The notes below the pieces were generated by a model. It had not been told where the DNA came from and made no database searches. It worked only from the letters and a program-made list of their open reading frames with translations. Below are positions 49,694 through 62,940 of a stretch of DNA of 64,000 bases, piece after piece. Each line of letters begins with the position of its first letter. Positions within the stretch are counted from its first letter, which is position 1. Source of the stretch: Lama guanicoe (Eukaryota); assembly GCA_013239625.1 (NCBI GenBank), contig MU053934.1, positions 2,163,031-2,227,030 on the forward strand, in the 5' to 3' direction. Both the position numbers and the translations under genes were made by a program.

Positions 49694-52600
49694 TAATCAA
49701 GAAATCACTGCCGAATTCAGATAAACCCTCTGGAAGGCAAAGGTGAATTGATGCTTGAATAGGAGGGCAGGAGACCCTCCAACCAGGGAAGACTCTCTTC
49801 CGGCGGGGACATCACACCCCGGGAGGGGTGATAGAAGAGCCACTGACACCTCTCCCACAATCCAACAGTCCCAACTCTTTGATTTTCTCCCATTTGCAAC
49901 TCTTTTGCTTTTGCAGCCTTCTTGTTCCTTGATCCTCCAACCTCTCTCTTTATTCAGGCCCCCAGGTTCTTCTTTGTCCATGATACATGGTTTCTCTCTT
50001 CCCCTTACACTCTCGTTCCCCCTCCGCCCTTATTCCAGGCTTTAGGCCCCTTTCTTTTCTTTGACCACATGCATGAACCACTGCCCGGCTGCGCTCAGAC
50101 CAAGAAATGCAACATTCCTTCACATCCAGGTCCATAAGTTTTTTGACACTTCACATCTGTCACCACTGCCCTGAATGCTGCCTGCCTCATCATATTAAAG
50201 ACTATCAGGACCATTTTTTTAAACACTGTGCATCCCTGGTTGGCAGTGCCCCATGTGCACTGACACACTGCACACAGGACAGTAATGCGTCCTGAGGACA
50301 AGAGAATCTTTATGTTTGAAAGCATCCCAGACTCTGCCCTGTGGCTGCTGGGAACCCACATCCTTCCCTGTAGTAAACCTGACCTGAGAGTGTGCCAGCT
50401 GTCAGGGAGTTCTGTGCATCCTTCTCAGGAATTCTCCAACCAGAGGGTGCTTTGAGGCATCCTCCAAATTTGTCATTGCTCTCAAGTGTAAGGATAGTCT
50501 GGGTACTGTGCACTCAGACTTTGCATTCTGGATAACACCGCATACATAGAATTTGTTTTAAGACCAAAACTCACAGCTAGAGGGGTCCTCAGGGATCACT
50601 TCCCTGACCTATGCCCTCTTCCAAGCCTGATGCCCTGTATCCATCCAGTTGAAGGTCACTGGGTTCAACCACTTCCCCAACTGACTGGGAATCAGGAGAG
50701 GGCCTATTAACCCTGGTTCCCCCTGGACTCTCCAGCCCACCTCACTGACTCCCAACCCACCACCCTGTACCCCTGAGCTCTCAGGTGTCACCAGCCTAAC
50801 TCAAGCTTAGCTGGGGCAGCTTCATTTGCGTGCACCCCAAGGCCATGTGCAACTCGATGGACCCTCTAAAGGATTCAAAAGACTTTATGAAACATCCATA
50901 TGAACTGTAATACTGAAAGGCCTGCATTTGGACGTGTTGGAAGGTGAAGTATATCCTGTTTGGTGGGGACTTGACAGTCTCCTCAGAATCACGCAAATCA
51001 CACAAAATTGGCAGCCCCTGATTCTGACAATGGAGTCATCACTAAGCCACACCACATTCAGACTTGTCAGGCTACTCTATGTGAAATAGAAGAGGGTCCC
51101 ACATGGCAGTGGAGACCCCCTGGACCCCAGGCAGGGTGTGGAGGACACAGTCACCCTGGGCCCTCAATGCCCAGCATCAGCTGATCGAGTCAGGGAGGGA
51201 AGAACTGTCCCCTCTCCCACTCATGGCAACTCTGATAGCATCACAGCCCCTTCAGCTTTGTGTTCTAGGGGTCACTCCCCTCACTCTGGTCCTGGCCCTT
51301 TGCCAACACATTCTACTAGTTCCCCCACCTGAACCTCTCTCTCCATCCTGAGCCTTGGGTCTGACCCTGGTCCAGGCCCCCCTGGACCTTTGCACGACAT
51401 GCCTACACTTGGTTCCCCACCTGTGACCCCGTGGTTCACTCTAAAGCCATCACCACAGTCCATCAGATTGAACTGCATCTCCCTTTGTATAAATGACAAA
51501 TCTGAGATCCAGGACATAAGCCCAGAGTCCTACAGTTGAGTCAGGATAGAGCCAGGACCCAGCTCAACTCCATCCAATTCCACCCTGGCCTCTCCACCCT
51601 AGGGGCCCAGGGTCCTGCAATGTTTGCACAATTGCTAAGATGGGGATACCAGGGCTCCAGTCAGAAAGAACCCCCAGGACACAAACTGACGCTGTCAGCA
51701 GTTTTCTGACTCATCCCAAAGGAAGTCCTGCTCGGTTCTCATCTCCAGGAACAAGATCCTTGGCCCCGATCTCTTCCCAAAAAGCTTTTTCAAAGTTAAC
51801 ATGGATGGAGCACCTACTACAAGTCAGCCATTATACTAAGCCCTTGGCGTGTATTATCTCAGTTTCCTCACAATAAAATTGAACAATAAGAAACCAAGGC
51901 AGAGAGTAATTAAGTAACTTGTCCAAGGTCAATAACCTGCCCCTTCCTTGCAGTTTCATCTCTTCTCAACCTGAGGCCGTTCACCGCCAGCAAATGACAT
52001 GGAGGAAAAATTCCTCATGGATTATTGAGAAGAAAATCCTCGACTTGACCAAATTTGGTCAGGCCCTTCTGAGTCCTCTTCTCAACCAGGCCTCCACCTT
52101 CCCCTTCCCTGTCCTGTCCCCGATGGCCCCTACAACCCAGTCTCAACAGGAACCCTGCTAAATCCACGTAGAGAGTCTCCCCCACTCTGAGGTCTGATCA
52201 CTTTCATACCTGATCAAATTCCTCATCTCCTACCTTTGAAGCATCTGCCCTTGACCTGCCTTTAGCGAGAATCCTGTTAGGAAAGATAAACAGGAATCCC
52301 CTCCCCTTGGTGTCTCCTCTCAGTAATTTTCCCTCCACCACGCCTCACTCTGCTCCTTGGCTATAAACTGCCAGTGTCTGTGCTGTATTCGGATGCACTT
52401 CACTCACCACTGCCCTGAATGCTGCCTGCCTCATCATATTAAAGACTATCAGGACCATTTTTTTAAACACTGTGCATCCCTGGTTGGCAGTGCCCCATGT
52501 GCACTGACACACTACACTGCNNNNNNNNNNNNNNNNNNNNNNNNNNNNNNNNNNNNNNNNNNNNNNNNNNNNNNNNNNNNNNNNNNNNNNNNNNNNNNNN

Positions 52601-55600
52601 NNNNNNNNNNNNNNNNNNNNNNNNNNNNNNNNNNNNNNNNNNNNNNNNNNNNNNNNNNNNNNNNNNNNNNNNNNNNNNNNNNNNNNNNNNNNNNNNTGCA
52701 CTCAGACATTCTGGATAACACCGCATACATAGAATTTGTTTTAAGACCAAAACTCACAGCTAGAGGGGTCCTCAGGGATCACTTCCCTGACCTATGCCCT
52801 CTTCCAAGCCTGATGCGATGCCCTNNNNNNNNNNNNNNNNNNNNNNNNNNNNNNNNNNNNNNNNNNNNNNNNNNNNNNNNNNNNNNNNNNNNNNNNNNNN
52901 NNNNNNNNNNNNNNNNNNNNNNNNNNNNNNNNNNNNNNNNNNNNNNNNNNNNNNNNNNNNNNNNNNNNNNNNNNNNNNNNNNNNNNNNNNNNNNNNNNNN
53001 NNNNNNNNNNNNNNNNNNNNNNNNNNNNNNNNNNNNNNNNNNNNNNNNNNNNNNNNNNNNNNNNNNNNNNNNNNNNNNNNNNNNNNNNNNNNNNNNNNNN
53101 NNNNNNNNNNNNNNNNNNNNNNNNNNNNNNNNNNNNNNNNNNNNNNNNNNNNNNNNNNNNNNNNNNNNNNNNNNNNNNNNNNNNNNNNNNNNNNNNNNNN
53201 NNNNNNNNNNNNNNNNNNNNNNNNNNNNNNNNNNNNNNNNNNNNNNNNNNNNNNNNNNNNNNNNNNNNNNNNNNNNNNNNNNNNNNNNNNNNNNNNNNNN
53301 NNNNNNNNNNNNNNNNNNNNNNNNNNNNNNNNNNNNNNNNNNNNNNNNNNNNNNNNNNNNNNNNNNNNNNNNNNNNNNNNNNNNNNNNNNNNNNNNNNNN
53401 NNNNNNNNNNNNNNNNNNNNNNNNNNNNNNNNNNNNNNNCTATTAACCCTGGTTCCCCCTGGACTCTCCAGCCCACCTCACTGACTCCCAACCCACCACC
53501 CTGTACCCCTGAGCTCTCAGGTGTCACCAGCCTAACTCAAGCTTAGCTGGGGCAGCTTCATTTGCGTGCACCCCAAGGCCATGTGCAACTCGATGGACCC
53601 TCTAAAGGATTCAAAAGACTTTATGAAACATCCATATGAACTGTAATACTGAAAGGCCTGCATTTGGACGTGTTGGAAGGTGAAGTATATCCTGTTTGGT
53701 GGGGACTTGACAGTCTCCTCAGAATCACGCAAATCACACAAAATTGGCAGCCCCTGATTCTGACAATGGAGTCATCACTAAGCCACACCACATTCAGACT
53801 TGTCAGGCTACTCTATGTGAAATAGAAGAGGGTCCCACATGGCAGTGGAGACCCCCTGGACCCCAGGCAGGGTGTGGAGGACACAGTCACCCTGGGCCCT
53901 CAATGCCCAGCATCAGCTGATCGAGTCAGGGAGGGAAGAACTGTCCCCTCTCCCACTCATGGCAACTCTGATAGCATCACAGCCCCTTCAGCTTTGTGTT
54001 CTAGGGGTCACTCCCCTCACTCTGGTCCTGGCCCTTTGCCAACACATTCTACTAGTTCCCCCACCTGAACCTCTCTCTCCATCCTGAGCCTTGGGTCTGA
54101 CCCTGGTCCAGGCCCCCCTGGACCTTTGCACGACATGCCTACACTTGGTTCCCCACCTGTGACCCCGTGGTTCACTCTAAAGCCATCACCACAGTCCATC
54201 AGATTGAACTGCATCTCCCTTTGTATAAATGACAAATCTGAGATCCAGGACATAAGCCCAGAGTCCTACAGTTGAGCCAGGATAGAGCCAGGACCCAGCT
54301 CAACTCCATCCAATTCCACCCTGGCCTCTCCACCCTAGGGGCCCAGGGTCCTGCAGTGTCTGCACAATTGCTAAGATGGGGATACCAGGGCTCCAGTCAG
54401 AAAGAACCCCCAGGACACAAACTGACGCTGTCAGCAGTTTTCTGACTCATCCCAAAGGAAGTCCTGCTCGGTTCTCATCTCCAGGAACAAGATCCTTGGC
54501 CCCGATCTCTTCCCAAAAAGCTTTTTCAAAGTTAACATGGATGGAGCACCTACTACAAGTCAGCCATTATACTAAGCCCTTGGCGTGTATTATCTCAGTT
54601 TCCTCACAATAAAATTGAACAATAAGAAACCAAGGCAGAGAGTAATTAAGTAACTTGTCCAAGGTCAATAACCTGCCCCTTCCTTGCAGTTTCATCTCTT
54701 CTCAACCTGAGGCCGTTCACCGCCAGCAAATGACATGGAGGAAAAATTCCTCATGGATTATTGAGAAGAAAATCCTCGATCAGGACTTCAGTCGTGTAGG
54801 AGTTCCTCGCTGTTCAATATGTTCCAGAGGCACTCAATGACAGTCTCAAAAAACCACTCCTTATCTAGATGGAAAGAAAAAAGAATAAAATTAGCCAAAA
54901 TTGAATTGCAACACGATTTGTCTTCAGCACAAAGTGGTCACAGTTCATCTTCCTGAGCACTGTTCCCCTGGGTACTGTTGATGGAGTCACCCGGTGCTTT
55001 GGGCAGGACTGGGCCCTCCGCAAATTCATATGTGCAAACCCTGACCCCGCACGTGACTGAATTTAAAATTAGGACATTTCAGGAAATAATTATGGTTAAA
55101 TGAGGTCTTAAGTGTGGGGCCCTAAGCCAGTAAGGCGGTGTCCTTATTAGAAAAGGAAGTGGTGCCAGTCCAGCTCTCTCTCCACACTGAGAAAGGGCTG
55201 TGTGAGAACAAGACCAGAAGGCAGCAGGCACTGACACCCAGGACAAGAGGCCTCACCAGGACGCAATCCTACCTGCTCTTGCTAGTGAGCGCAGTAGTGT
55301 ATACAGAAGTAGAAATAGAAGGATCTGCGCCCGAAACTTACTTAAACCGATGTTACTTTAATTTTTAAAAGTCTCAGAATCCACAGCTTTGAGTAAAAGT
55401 ACCAGGTGAGAGACTCCTCCCGCGAGTCACAGATGCCAGACCAGGCGGGGAGGGGCTTCCTCAGGGGCATGAGGGGCGGGACCTCAGCTCTGAGCCTGTG
55501 GTCCATCCCTGTCACCTCTCTCTCCCCCAGGCTGCTCCCAGGGGCACAGCTCCCACTGGCTCCACTGAGCCCAGCTGGCCCGTTTATACACAGGAGACCG

Positions 55601-56801
55601 TCTTGTTTCTGAGGAGAGCTGATCCTCAGGGCTCCCGCAGCCCGGCCTCCCTCACGGGCCCCAGAGCCGGCTGGGGGGCCCCTGGCTTCTACTCTGCGCC
55701 CCCTCCCTTATGTTTCCACTGGGCCACTTTGCTCTCCTGGGCAGCCTCTGGGACAGAGTGATTTAGTTGCTTAGCAGTGCAGTGATGGGGGCAAAGCGGT
55801 CCTGAGAAAACAGGAGTCAAGGAAACACAGTGATGATTTCGGTGCATGGAGGGTTGCTCAGTTCTTTCTCTTTCCTGCGTCACTAAGGGTGAAAGGAAAC
55901 CAGGGCTTCCGTGGGGGGAGCTCCCAGCACTGAATCTGTGTGTTGACTGATTGGGGTGAGGCGGGTGGGGAAATGCCTGAGCGCCTGGGTGTCTGCAGGG
56001 GGATCTGAGGGCAAAGGAATCACTACCTGCCTGAGGCAGTCCCGCCTGGTTAACAGGTGCCCTGAGGGAACCTTCGGGGTGGGAGGTGAGAATTCTGGGG
56101 TGCAGGTAGGTTCCACCCACGACAAACAGGGACAGCAACAACACTCAGGAGGACCTGCTCCGGGGCAGGCACTGGACCAGCCACAGACCTACGTTATATT
56201 TGATCCTCAGAACAACATGAGGGAATATCATTCCCATTTTACAGGGGATGTCAGGGAAGGCGCACCAGGTCACACAGGTGGCAGGTGGCAAAGGCCAGAC
56301 TGGGGTTCCATTCAAGGGTCCACTGACCCTGGCAGAGTGGTGGGGCTGGCAGCAGAGCTGGAGGAAAGGGATTTGATTGGTAACTGCCCAGGGTTTGGGA
56401 ACCCAGGACAAAAGGAGAGGGCGGAGAAGCCTCCAGGGTTGCTGGTCTACCTCCTCTCTCTGCACCTGCCTGGCTTCAGGATGCCCCACGCTACTCACAC
56501 TTCCTTCCCAGGGCTTCCCCTGTCCCACTCATAGTATCTGCTGTGTGGTGGGGAAGAGAGGGAGCCAGCATCTTAGCTGAGGCCCCCTGAGGAGAAGGCC
56601 CAGAAAGAGGCTTTGAGGAAAGATCCCTTTGGTGTGAGGGATAGGGCTTCAAGGATGCTTGTGAACCCCTTCTTGGGTCTTGATTCCTCTGTAGGTTAAC
56701 TCAGCCTGGAGACACCACCCTCATTCTAGGGCACAAGGAGGAAGCAGCCAGAGAAGGGGCAGCTGAGTACCTAGGCAGTAAAGGAGGCCTACTGATGTCA
56801 T
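49694..56801 (-). pseudogene. APOL: APOL copy C, probable pseudogene
   Basis: The ATG exon segment is intact at 56771-56801 (MTSVGLLYCL). The middle exon starts at 54864 but lacks 5 nt and then loses its 3' end and donor at about 54781. At about 50145 the 3' UTR is joined directly to intron sequence, so the last coding exon is absent from the assembled sequence. Nearby N gaps add uncertainty. Confidence 0.8.
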
Positions 56802-58356
56802 GGTGCCAGCAGCGGGGTGTCAGCGCCGTCACTTCAGCTCACCAATCTGCATCAGGCTCGAAGGAGGTGTGGCTTCACCCTTGGGCAAGAGAAGACAGAT
56901 TGTGGACTGGAACATGAGTGAGCCCTGGCAACAGGGAGCAGCGAAGGGACAGGTCTCTGTCTATTCCCCCATGATGGCCACCAGCGCCACAGTGGACTCA
57001 ACCCAACGTCTTTCTCTGTCTACTGGGCTGTGCTGGTGGCTCTTCAGGGAAAGTTCCTCACATCATGCAGCTTCCTCCCAGCCAAGTCAGAGTCCTGTTG
57101 TCATGCTGTCGTGTTGGGGCCCAAGGAGAGGTTATTCAGACAATAGATGAGAACCTGGGAAGTTGCAGAAGCAATAAATCCAAACACAGAAGAAAAGATA
57201 GGAAGGGAATACTCTGTAAATTACGTGAGGGTGGGAGCAGCTGTGGTAACTACTTGGTAATAGTTAATACTGCTCCAGGGTCTATGACGTGCAGAACTGC
57301 AGAAACTCACCTAAACTGAGCTTAGCCCAAGTTTTCCCACTGATGCTGCAGCCCGAACTTGAACCCAAGGCTTTCTGACCCAGATCCCCCAGTTATGATG
57401 ACTGTGCTCTACTCCCTTTAATGACCGATAACATTTATTCATGGATATATGCTTATTGGTAAATGACTCTTCTTATTCTTAAACTGTCTTTTTTATATGA
57501 ACTTACTTTACTAGGATATAAATTACCTGCAGCAAAGGGCACAAGTCTTCAGGGTACACCTGGATTAGATTTACCTATGTTAATTCTGTAACCAGCAGCC
57601 ACATCAAGAAATCAAACATCCCAGCAGCTCCTCCAAATTCTCCTGTTCCTTCTTCCCAGGCAGTATTGTGCCACCCAAAGGTAATCGCAATGCTCACTTC
57701 TACCACACTGCATTAACTTGCCTGTTTTTAACTTTTATAGAAATGGGGTCACACAGTGTACACTCTTCTCCGAGGTATTCTATTTGATGAATTCACTACC
57801 TTTTATTGATCTGTTCCCTGAATAGATATCTGAGGTGCTTCAGTTTGGGGGCTATTATAAATAAAGCTGCCATGGAAATGCTGGTGCAGATCTTTTGTGT
57901 GGACTTGTGCACTGTTTCTGCTGGATATTTCCCCAGATGTGGACCTGCTAGCTCCCAAGGTACCTACAACACTGGGGCACACACTGGTAGACAGTTTTCC
58001 AAAGCGGTTGTACTTACTGCTTTCTGCATCTCTGAGCTATTCCCACAGTTACGCTGGGTGTTAGTTTTCATGTGTCTGTATCCCAGTTCCCCTGGAGCTC
58101 CTTGAGCAGAGGTTCGTATGTGATCAATACATAGATTCGACTTATAATTAAATATTTATAGTACTTATGAGAAAAAATTGAAATGCATTCATACAGCATG
58201 GTGGGGGAGAGGGGGTTAGGAATCTTATTTTTACAACTTGCTTTCGTTTAATTGATGTATAGTTGATTTACAATGTTAGTTTCAGGAGTACAGAAAAGCG
58301 ACTCTGTTGTACATACACATACATAGATGTCCATATTTTCAGATTCTTTTCCATTG

Positions 58357-58986
58357 TGAGACAGTAGAGAAGGGGTCAGCGCACAGCCACTCAAGGAATG
58401 ACAGCAACAAAAATTGTGGAAGATTCACCTTCTACTTGGCCTTGAGGATTAAGTGGTTTAACTTCTAGCTGACCTTGATCTTCTTTATGTGCTCATTGTA
58501 ACAGCCTAGTCAAATAACATGCACGCAAGTGCCATGAGAGCCCCAAGGCTAACCGCAAAAGGCCAAAGAATGGGCGGTGGCCCAGCCCCTGGGAATCCCA
58601 GCCTCTTCCCCAGGGCAGTTGGATTGATCCCACCTGTAGGCATGGGAAGCTACTGAGATCATAAAAAGTGACAACACCACGCCTACTGGCCCTCCGTGCT
58701 CTCTCTCCCCTTTGGAGACAGCCCGCACTCTGTCTATGGAGTGTGTGCCTACTTTTTTTTAACCTGATTACCCGATTCATACATCTCTTTCCTTTCCTTT
58801 CTCTTGCCTTGCACACCATGCAGTACATAGCTCTCTAAATAAATCTACCTTTATGAGCGTTGGCTCCCACTTGAATACTTTCCTGTGCGAAGCCAAGGAC
58901 CCACACTTGGCGGAACACGTCCCAGGGGCTCAATGGTGACCTGGGACTCGGCCCTCCTCACGTCCCACATCTGATTTTCTGCATCA
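58357..58986 (+). mobile_element. Same solo LTR in copy C
   Basis: Full-length homologue of 14340-14970 at the equivalent position. Confidence 0.7.
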
Positions 58987-61900
58987 ATTATACCTTTGGA
59001 GTTTGGGATTAATAGAAACACATTACTAAGTATATAATTGATAAACAACAAGGACCTCTTCTACAGCAGAGGGAACTGTATTCAGTTTTTTGTAAGAAGC
59101 TATAATTGAAAAGAATCCAAAATTATGTCTTGCTCACTGTGCTGAAGTTTCCGCCTGGATAAATTTCTTGGTGCTACAGTTTTCCAAACCCATGCCCTAC
59201 TTCCTTTGCAAGGTCCTTCATATCGCAAGGACCTGGGGTCCCACCGGACCAGGTGCAATCCCTGCGGCCTCGCCCTGGGCTGCTCAGAGCCACTGAGGGT
59301 GCCCGGTGCTATCAGTTGTCCTCCCCTAACTGTGGAGCTTCGGCTTCTAATTCTTTAGGGAAATAATAGTGCAAAGGACAGTCTTCTTGTATAAACTTTG
59401 CCTGCATTTGAGATTATTTCTTTAAGCTATTTCTAGAAATAGAATGACTGGGTCAGAGGGTTGCACATCTAAAGATTTTTCATTTTGAGGCACTTATGCA
59501 AAAAAATTGTGCCAATTTTTATTCACATTCAAAATATAGGATATTGTCCATCCTGTGTCTTGCCAGTCCATTATTTTTTTTAAGGCAGATCTTTACATAA
59601 GACAGAAGTCTTTTTTTCTGTTTGTGGCTGTCTTGCCATGGGAGGTGAGGAAAGAAAGCAAATGTTGGTGACATTTTGGCAATTTTTAAGATGGCAAAAG
59701 GGCAGTTCTCAACTACCCCTCCTGGGCCCTGACTGAAATGAGGGTAAAGGTCCTGACAGGTGTAATGAGAGCCCAGGATAAGGCTGGCTGTGTTTGTGGT
59801 CTTTGCTCTGCACCGCTCCCTCCCCTGGAAGGCCTCCCCCTCCTCACCACCTGACAGGTTACCTGTCCTGGAGGCCCCGCCCCCAGGCCCCGCCCCTGCT
59901 GCTGCCCCAGGGGCTCTCCCTGCTCCCCTTGCAGGTTGGGCTTTCCTAGTTGTGCTTCTGTTTGTGTTGAGTTTCTCCACTGCACCTCCTGCTCCAGGGC
60001 CTCAGGGGCACCTTCTGGGGCGCAGCCAGGCTAAAATATGGGTGGTGGGACCCAGCACTTAGACAGGAAGCAACCAGCTCCTCCATGCAATAGCACAACC
60101 CCTGTCTCACGTGCGGTCAAGTAATTTCCTGTGTTTTTCTTGTGTGTCTTGATGGAAAGCTGTTTCTGGCAAAGAACAGATAAGAGTGGCACAGATGTCA
60201 CACAAGCTGCCTCACAGAATAGACTTTTGGGAGCTCTATCACACTTCTGAGTGTTTGCATTTGCAGGCATCGCCCACTTTCCAAAAGATTACTCAACTTT
60301 GTAAGACCTAAATGCTCTGGGTTCTAAGCCAACTAGGTTTACAAAAGGTTTCCCACTTCAGTCTGTCCAATTTCACGTAGAAAGCAGCACCTGTATTTCC
60401 TCATGTCTCCTTACTCCTGCCACGATATTTTTATAGGAGGAGAAAGAAGAATAGAGAACTGTGGAAAAAAGATGGGTTCCAGCTTAAGTCTCAGTAATGC
60501 CCAAGCCTTGAGAAGGGCATTCCCAAACCTGTGCTCTGCCAGGGTGGCCAGACCTGGTCTGGGTGTCCAACCAGGATACCTCCATCCCCTTAACACCGGG
60601 TCCCCTAACTTATACTAGGGACTTTGTGGGGAGGAGAGAGGGGTCACTTCCTGTCTGCACTTCAGGCCCCGTTGAAGGCACAAAAAAGGGTGTGTTGCTT
60701 TGTGACTGTGGTAGTTTCCTGTTAAATATACCCTGCTTGAAGGAGAGAAAGAAGAGGACGCTAGAGAAAGGGAGGAGGGGGAGGGGGAGGGAGCAGGGGG
60801 AGGGAGGAGGAGGAGCAAGAAGCAGCAAAATGCTTCTAAGCAATCAACAGTCAGTCCTAAAGGGATCTAAATGTAAACAGGAAAGAAAAAACTAGCAACA
60901 TACTGGAAGAAATATCAAAAATAACATTACTTTAAAACAATTAAGAAATAACTAAATAATAATAATAATAACATTCCTTTGAGAAAATCTTTCTACTCAA
61001 GAGACAAATACCAGAACCCATAGAAGAAAGTCCAAGCTATTTGACATTAAAAATGAAAAATTGCAAACGATGCCATGAACCGGGTCTGAATATGATGCGA
61101 GACCAGGAGGTACTGTGCACAATACTTGCAGTGGGTGGAGGGAAAGCTCCACACCGCACGGAGAGCCAGTAAATCCACATGAAAGACTGAAACCAATATT
61201 TAAAATATGGGGACCTTTGAGAAAGTGGAGGAAATTGTTGGGCTTCACCATTCTGTTTCTGCCCTGCAGAAAATAGACTTTGTCCGTTGAGGATACGCTT
61301 GCGTCGCTCTTACGTACAAGTGTGCCGGCTACCAGAAATCCCGTTGCACCGGCATGACTTTATATTGACTGTGGGTTGCAGAACTTAATTAAATATCCTT
61401 ATGAGCCGTGGCCTGGTTATCATAAGTGGCCCCTGATAAGCATGCAGATTGGAGCCCAGAGGTCCACGGACTGGATAAACAGTCTCACAGTCGCACATGT
61501 GGATGGCCCCTAGACTCAAACTGAGGTGAGCTTTAAGCAGGTCTTCACTCAGAGACATGAGGAGAGATCGCCCCCTTTGGAGACCCCAAAGATCTAATGC
61601 TTATAATATCAGATTCAGCTTACCCCCAGAATCACAAGAGATGTCACCCAGGACCGCTACAGCTCCAGTGTCAGGGCCAAGTCCAAAATCTTTGGTCCAC
61701 AGTGATTTAAGCCACTGTGAAGGCAATGCCAACTCACTGGGATAATTACCTGAAAATTGCTCAGGAAAGTGTGTGGCACATGCCACCAGCATCACCTGGT
61801 GGGGACTGGAAGTGTTAGGAGGAAGAGGCACAGGGCCACCGCCCCCACTGACCCCTGCCTCACCCCGTCTCTCCATCACGTGGGGAGGTGTGTGTGGCTC

Positions 61901-62797
61901 CGACGTCCTGGACATTAGGAGTTGTGTGTTCCAGAACAGGGACCCACCTCCACCTGCCTGTTGTCCCTTTGTAGAAGGACAGTGGGAGTTGGTAGGAAGC
62001 TTCCAACTGAGCATGTGACAATGGGGACTTTAGAGATCACCCATTAGCTAGCAGAGACAGGGACTTCAGGCAGCAGAGCACAGGAAATTGCCCTCCACGC
62101 TGACCTCACTGGTGACCTCACGGGAACGGGTTTCGGCCCCTCGTTGCCAGGCTGCCAGCATCACTCACTGGACAGTCCTATTGGTCTCTTGTCAGGGGGG
62201 AAAATCGGGCCCTGAGTGAGTCATCTGTTGCAACCACAGGAAGGTTCAGAGGTAAGGCTAAAAATACAANNNNNNNNNNNNNNNNNNNNNNNNNNNNNNN
62301 NNNNNNNNNNNNNNNNNNNNNNNNNNNNNNNNNNNNNNNNNNNNNNNNNNNNNNNNNNNNNNNNNNNNNNNNNNNNNNNNNNNNNNNNNNNNNNNNNNNN
62401 NNNNNNNNNNNNNNNNNNNNNNNNNNNNNNNNNNNNNNNNNNNNNNNNNNNNNNNNNNNNNNNNNNNNNNNNNNNNNNNNNNNNNNNNNNNNNNNNNNNN
62501 NNNNNNNNNNNNNNNNNNNNNNNNNNNNNNNNNNNNNNNNNNNNNNNNNNNNNNCCACACCAGCTCTCCGGGACGTATGCAGGGGCGGCCACCAACCTGT
62601 ATCCTCCTGGCAGTTAGGACACTGAAGAGTTCCTCGTCTGATGTCCCAGTTGTGCCTAAACACGGCCTTAAAAATAACAGCATCCAGTCTCTGGCTCAAA
62701 CATTATGACAGTGACTCAAACAATTCAATACAGAACTTCCATATGATCCAGCAATTCCACTTCTGGGTTTAGACTCTGGAGATATGAAAGCAGAGCC

Positions 62798-62940
62798 TTT
62801 TTTTTCTTTTTAAGAGGCATTTTCTGTTTTGGTTAGGAGGTAATTAGGTTTATTTATTCACTTAATGGGGGCAGATAGGACTGAACCCAGGACCTCACCC
62901 ATGCCACGCACGCACTCCCCCACTGAGCTGTACCCTCCCC
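62798..62940 (-). mobile_element. Vic-1-like SINE, copy C paralogue
   Basis: Homologue of 18581-18723 at the equivalent position. Confidence 0.75.

Noticed and set aside
52046..52061. Perfect 16-bp palindrome TGACCAAATTTGGTCA at the duplication junction
   Set aside because: It aligns with the LTR sequence in the other units (tcaacaaacgttggtcagg in B), so it is probably ancestral LTR sequence and not a fold-back scar.
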